Source: Neocallimastix sp. 'constans' (lineage: Eukaryota). From it: DNA of 64,000 nucleotides. Positions 50,972-64,000 of the stretch are shown here, one piece after another. The first letter of the stretch is position 1; each line of letters begins with the position of its first letter. The DNA lies in assembly GCA_050613775.1 (NCBI GenBank), contig JBODTK010000130.1:1-64000 (forward strand), in the 5' to 3' direction. Both the position numbers and the translations under genes were made by a program. The notes under the pieces were generated by a model that searched no databases, was not told where the DNA came from, and worked only from the letters and a program-made list of their open reading frames with translations.

Positions 50972-53896
50972 AAAATTAAAGTTTTTAATGAATTTTTATT
51001 TTTTACAACAATTAGCAAATAAATCACTAATTAAATCATAACAAATGTATAAATATAAAAGTTTAATTATAAAATATATTATTAAAGCATATTATTATAA
51101 AAAATAATATATATATATATATAATATACATTCTTTATATATATTTTAATTTTATTTCATAATTTTGAATTTATTTATATGACATAAAATATTTTAATTT
51201 AAATCAGAAATTTTAAAATTTAGTTATATTTAATGAAAAAAGTTTTTTTTTTTTTTTTAATTATCTTTATGAGAAATGATTTGAAAAATGAATAGACAAC
51301 ATTTAATGAAATGTAATAATTGTTAATTCTATTTAAGTAATAATAATAATATTTATTTTCTTTTAAAGGTAAACAATAATAATTGTATTTTTATTATTAA
51401 AAGAAACTATAAATAATAATTCAAATTAAAAGGAATAAATAATACTATTTGTTAGAATAACTGAGTTATTCTGAAGTTTTTTAAACGTTTTAATGTTTTT
51501 TAATGCATTTTTAAAAATTCATTTAATTTATGAAATAAATAAAAACATTAATTAAATTAAATAAGAAATGAATATTCATTTTTAATTATTAAAAAAATTA
51601 TATATTTACTTCTATTTATTATCTTCTTTATTTTTTTTTTCTTCATTTCTTAATATTGTTGTATTCATTTTGTTTTTTTAATATTATACTATATTTATTA
51701 AACTATTAATTTACATTAATATTTTTATTTTTAATTTCATTTTTTTATTATTATTTATTATTATATTATCTTTCCTTAAATATTATAAAAAAATTAATTT
51801 GAAAAAGTTGACTTGATAATACAGAAAATTATGTTATGTTTATCATTAAATCATTAAAGATTCGTCTTTTTTTAAAAATAAATAGTTACAAAAAAAAAAT
51901 TAAATTTTTAAATTAAAAATAATTATTAATTAATTATTATTATTATTAATTAATAATGATAATTAATAATGGACATTAATAAAAATAAACATTAATTATT
52001 ATTAACAATAGTAATTAATAATAATATTTAATTAATTTATAAGTAATAGATGAAGTAAAATAAAATAAGATTAAAAAAATCCTATATTGAAATAACAAGA
52101 AAATATATATATCTTGAATTAAAAATATTGGAAACTAATAGAATTATAAAAGTATCTTTAATACTATTTATTTATACATGATTTAAACTACATAATTAAT
52201 TTTATTACTAATTCTAAATAATGGTTATATAAAAGTTAAAAGAATAGAATTTCATACTTATTAATATTTAATGGTTTAGTGCATCAAAATAATTATTATA
52301 TAGAAATAAAAAAAAGTAAAATAAAATTATAATTTTTTATATAATAAATTAGATTACTTTTCTGTATTATTATATAGAAAAGTAATCTAATGTATTATTA
52401 TACCTTTAAAAATAATAATAATAATAATAATAAAAATTTAATAGTATATCTAAATAATATATATTTAATTACTATTTTTGTAATTAATGTATTGGTATAT
52501 ATTAATATTAACTTTTTAATATACATAAATACATTAATAATGAAATAATTAAATAATTAATGAAGATAAAAAAAAATAAAAAAGAGGACTGAAAAATTAA
52601 CTTCTTACTTAGTAATGCTGAAAATTTGTAAAAAAATAAAAAAAAAAAAAAAAAAAAAAAAGAGTTAGTATTATGGAGAAACAAATTAATTTTAATAAAT
52701 AATACTTTAATATAATAATAATTAATAATTAAACTTAATTATTTAATTATACTTAAAAAAAAAAATTATTGAAATATTCATATATTCATATATTTTATAA
52801 ATTATTTTCAATTAAACTTTTTTTTGAAAAATAATATATATATATATATACATAAAATAAATATTAATAATTATTATAAAAATTAATTTTTATTATTTAT
52901 TGCTGTATACACTTTTCATTTATTGTCATTATATTTTATACATTTATATTAGATTATAATATGATTTTATTAAGGTCGTTATTAATTTACAATTATTATT
53001 ACTAATTATATTTTTATTGACTTTATTTTTATTTTATTTTTTAATATATCTTAATATATTTTTATGATATTAATTTTGATATTCATGTTTGATATTAATT
53101 TAATCATTTATTTTCTTCAGTTATTAAGCTGTCAACTTAATTAATTACTTATTTATTTATTCACTTATTTATTTATTTAGATCTTCATTTATTTATTTAT
53201 TTATTTATTTAGATCTTTATTTATATATTCATTTATTTATTTAGATCTTTATTTATTTATTTAGATCTTTATTTATTTACCTTGTTATTTATTTAGTTGT
53301 TTATCTAGTTAATAATATAATTATTTAATTATTTAGTTACACTTATTTATTTTTAATATATATATATATATATAAAAGAAAAGCATAGAAAGAAAAAAGA
53401 AAAAATAAAATTAAATATTTCAACATTTTAGCGGTATGTTTCAATAAAGTAATAATTAAAAAATAAAATAATAATTAAGAAATACAATAATTAAAAAATA
53501 AAATAATAATTAAGAAATACAATAATTAAAAAAAAAAAATAATAATTAAGAAATACAATAATTAAAAATTAAAAATAATATAATATAAAATAAAAGTAAT
53601 TAATAATTATCATTTTCATTTTATTACTGATTTTGGTAATCTACTGAAATTGAAAATAATTTCAGTTTTTTTTTTTTTTTTTTTTTTTTTAATTACTTTT
53701 TAATTTGTATAAAATAGGAACATATTAAATCTTTTATTAAATTTTTGATAGTTTTTTTTTTTTTTTTATTATTACTGAAAACTTTATTTACTGCATTAAA
53801 CTGACTTTCTTTTATTTTTTTTATCTTTTTTAGGCGATTATATTTATATGAAAGACTGTTATATATTAACTATCCTCACTAATTTATATAGTAGAT

Positions 53897-54180
53897 TTAT
53901 TATTTATTATTTATTATTTATTATTTATTATTTATTTATTATTTATTATTTATTATTTATTATTCCATTTTTTATTATTTATTATTTATTATTTATTATT
54001 TATTATTTATTTATTTATTATTTATTATTTATTATTTATTATTTATTTTATTTATTATTTATTATTTATTTTATTTATTATTTATTATTTATTATTTATT
54101 ATTTATTATTTATTTTATTTATTATTTATTATTTAATTATTTATTATTTATTTATTTATTAGTTATTATTTATTATTCAT
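53897..54180. repeat. (TTTATTA)n-like low-complexity repeat
   Basis: Degenerate 7-mer tandem array. Confidence 0.8.
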
Positions 54181-54239
54181 TATTAATATTTATTGATTTG
54201 TTTTATTTCTTTTATATTTATTACATAAATTAAAATGAT

Positions 54240-55176
54240 GGATAGTACATTTCGTAATGTCGCTTATGATAATATTTAAATAAAGTCATGCATTTTTAAG
54301 ATATTCTATACAATCATAGATAAATATATAAATAATTATTATTTTAAAAGAAATAATAATATTTTTTTTTCAATTAAATATTATTAAATAACTATTTCAG
54401 AAGAAATAATAATATATTCTATTTAAAATAATTATAAAAAATTATATTTATAATTGAATATCAATAAATATATATAAAAAAAAGAATATTTATTATTTAT
54501 TTAATTATTAAAAAGCAAGCCATATACAAAAATACGCCACATTGTGAAATGCTCGATTGCTAAACGTCCTAGATTATAATAATATATTTTTCAATTTAAT
54601 AACTATTTCAAAAGAAATAATAATATATTCTATTAATTGAATATTAAAAAAATATATATATAAAAAAGAGTATTTATTATTTATTTAATTATTAAAAACA
54701 AGCCACATGTGAAAATACGCCATTTTGTGAAATGCACAAATTAATCTAATCCTTTTTATGATAAATTATATAACCTAATCTTTTCTATTAAAAAAAGGAA
54801 CAAATATTACATCTATACTTTTATAATTATAATATTCTAATATAATTAAATATATTTATCTCAAGAATTGATAATAAAATCTTTTTTGACATTAATAATT
54901 GAGGGAGAAAGTTGCATTTCGCCAAGTAGCGAAGTATTGAAATGTTGCATTTAGTCAAGTTGGAGTATTGATATAAATAAACGAAAAAATAAATAAATAT
55001 TAATTCAAAATAATTTTTTTTAAATTTGTTTTTATTCATAATAATAATATTTAGTTTTATTTATTTATTTATTTTATTTATTTTAATAATTTGGCGAAAT
55101 GGCACATTTTTTAATACACCATATGCTTTCAAAAAAAATGGCGAAATGCAACCCGGTGAAATGCCGAAACGCCCCA
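54240..55176. mobile_element. Possible non-autonomous DNA transposon remnant with repeated GYGAAATGC motifs
   Basis: GYGAAATGC-like motif in both orientations (~54545, 54727, 54914, 55094, 55141, 55157); GC-rich end ...GCCGAAACGCCCC; ~200-bp imperfect tandem duplication 54350-54740. Partner TIR and TSD not found. Confidence 0.35.
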
Positions 55177-55255
55177 CTCCCATTTTTTATATAAATTTTA
55201 TTATTTCATGATAAAAATAATATAGTAAATAATATTTTAAATAAATTAATAATAA

Positions 55256-55295
<40 letters not shown>

Positions 55296-56511
55296 TTCTT
55301 TTTTTTTCAAATTTGCCATATTATTAAAACTTTTTGTAAAAACTTTATATAATATAAATAGTTTTTGTTATTTCTATATTTTAATATATAGAATCAACGT
55401 AAAATAAATAATGTTTCTAATCATTATCAAAAATAAATACTATTTATTTATTATTAAGTTGATATAAATCTATTTTTTTCCTTTCTTTAATTAATATAAA
55501 TCTAAGTATAAATAAATTAATTATTACTATTATTTATTAAAAAATTAAAAAATAATTTAAAAAATATATATATATATAAATATTTTTTTTTTTAAATTTT
55601 TTAATAAATCTATTACTTAGATATTAATCTTGTCTATTTATTTTCTATTTTTATTTTATTTAATTTTTTTTTATTATCCTAAACATGTTAAATTATCCAA
55701 TTTATATCACTTTGTATTCATAATTAAATTAAAATCATATTTATTATAAATTTATAGTTTATGTAAAAAAAAAAATAAAATAAAAATAAAAAAAGAAAAA
55801 TAAATCAAATCCTTTTATAAAATATTTAATAAATATAATAAATATAATAAATATAAAATATATAAAAAATATTAGTAATAGAAGTAATCTTCATTTTTTT
55901 TTATAATTGTATTTTAAAGTTTTAAAATTATCCTAATATTTAATTGATTAAGAAATGAAATAAAAATATATATATATTAATATATATAATAATATAATAG
56001 ATAAATACTATAGGGTTATAATTATATAGTAATTAAAGTTTTCAAAAATTTATTAGTAAATAAAATTTTTATCATGGCATTTACACAAAAAAAAAAAAAA
56101 AATAAAATAAATAAAATAAAAAAATAAACTCACCACAAACTGTAAAAAAAAAAAAAAATTAAAATATAATGAATGATAGCTCAATAAAAAAAAAAAGAAA
56201 AAAAAGAAAATTTATATTTTCAAAAGAAAAAAAAATAATAAAATAACATTATAGTTTATAATAGCATATAATAACAAATTATATGCTAAATCATTTTATA
56301 TATAATATCTATTATTTATTTTTTTTTTAAAAACAATAAAACAATAAAAAAAAATATAATATATAATGTTATATTTTATATGATATTTTAAAGAAATTCC
56401 TGAAAACCCCGATAATATATTTTAATATACTTCATAACTTATTTAATATAATATAATATTTTATTGTAATATTATTTTTATAAATAAATAATAAAAAGAA
56501 AAGAAGATAAA

Positions 56512-64000
<7,489 letters not shown>

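Noticed and set aside
53848..54162. 104-aa hydrophobic ORF (IIYYLLF repeats)
   Set aside because: Translation of a TTTATTA simple repeat.

Overview
Very AT-rich eukaryotic DNA with spliceosomal introns and long homopolymers; an anaerobic gut fungus (Neocallimastigomycota) is my inference from composition only. Positions 1-41,850 are a retroelement cluster. It holds three Ty3/Gypsy (Metaviridae) elements: element 1 has intact gag/pol, element 2 is full-length with two LTRs but disrupted, and element 3 is 5'-truncated and doubly interrupted. It also holds several solo LTRs and three APE-RT non-LTR (LINE) copies. The right part carries a two-exon glycogen phosphorylase gene (- strand) and a multi-exon SPRY/IQ-motif gene (+ strand) that runs off the window. 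Most notable: (1) different LTRs are stacked end to end with CA-(T)2-4-TG junctions, five in a row plus two more elsewhere; (2) two divergent elements share a ~200-nt leader motif with apparent compensatory base pairing; (3) all three elements share a U_UUA_AA(C/U) + GGGAG hairpin -1 frameshift signal and a D-S-C protease motif; (4) a ~3.9-kb island of intronless unknown ORFs sits inside an RT gene; (5) one LINE is nested in another with a 56-bp direct repeat. All alignments and pairings were done by eye.
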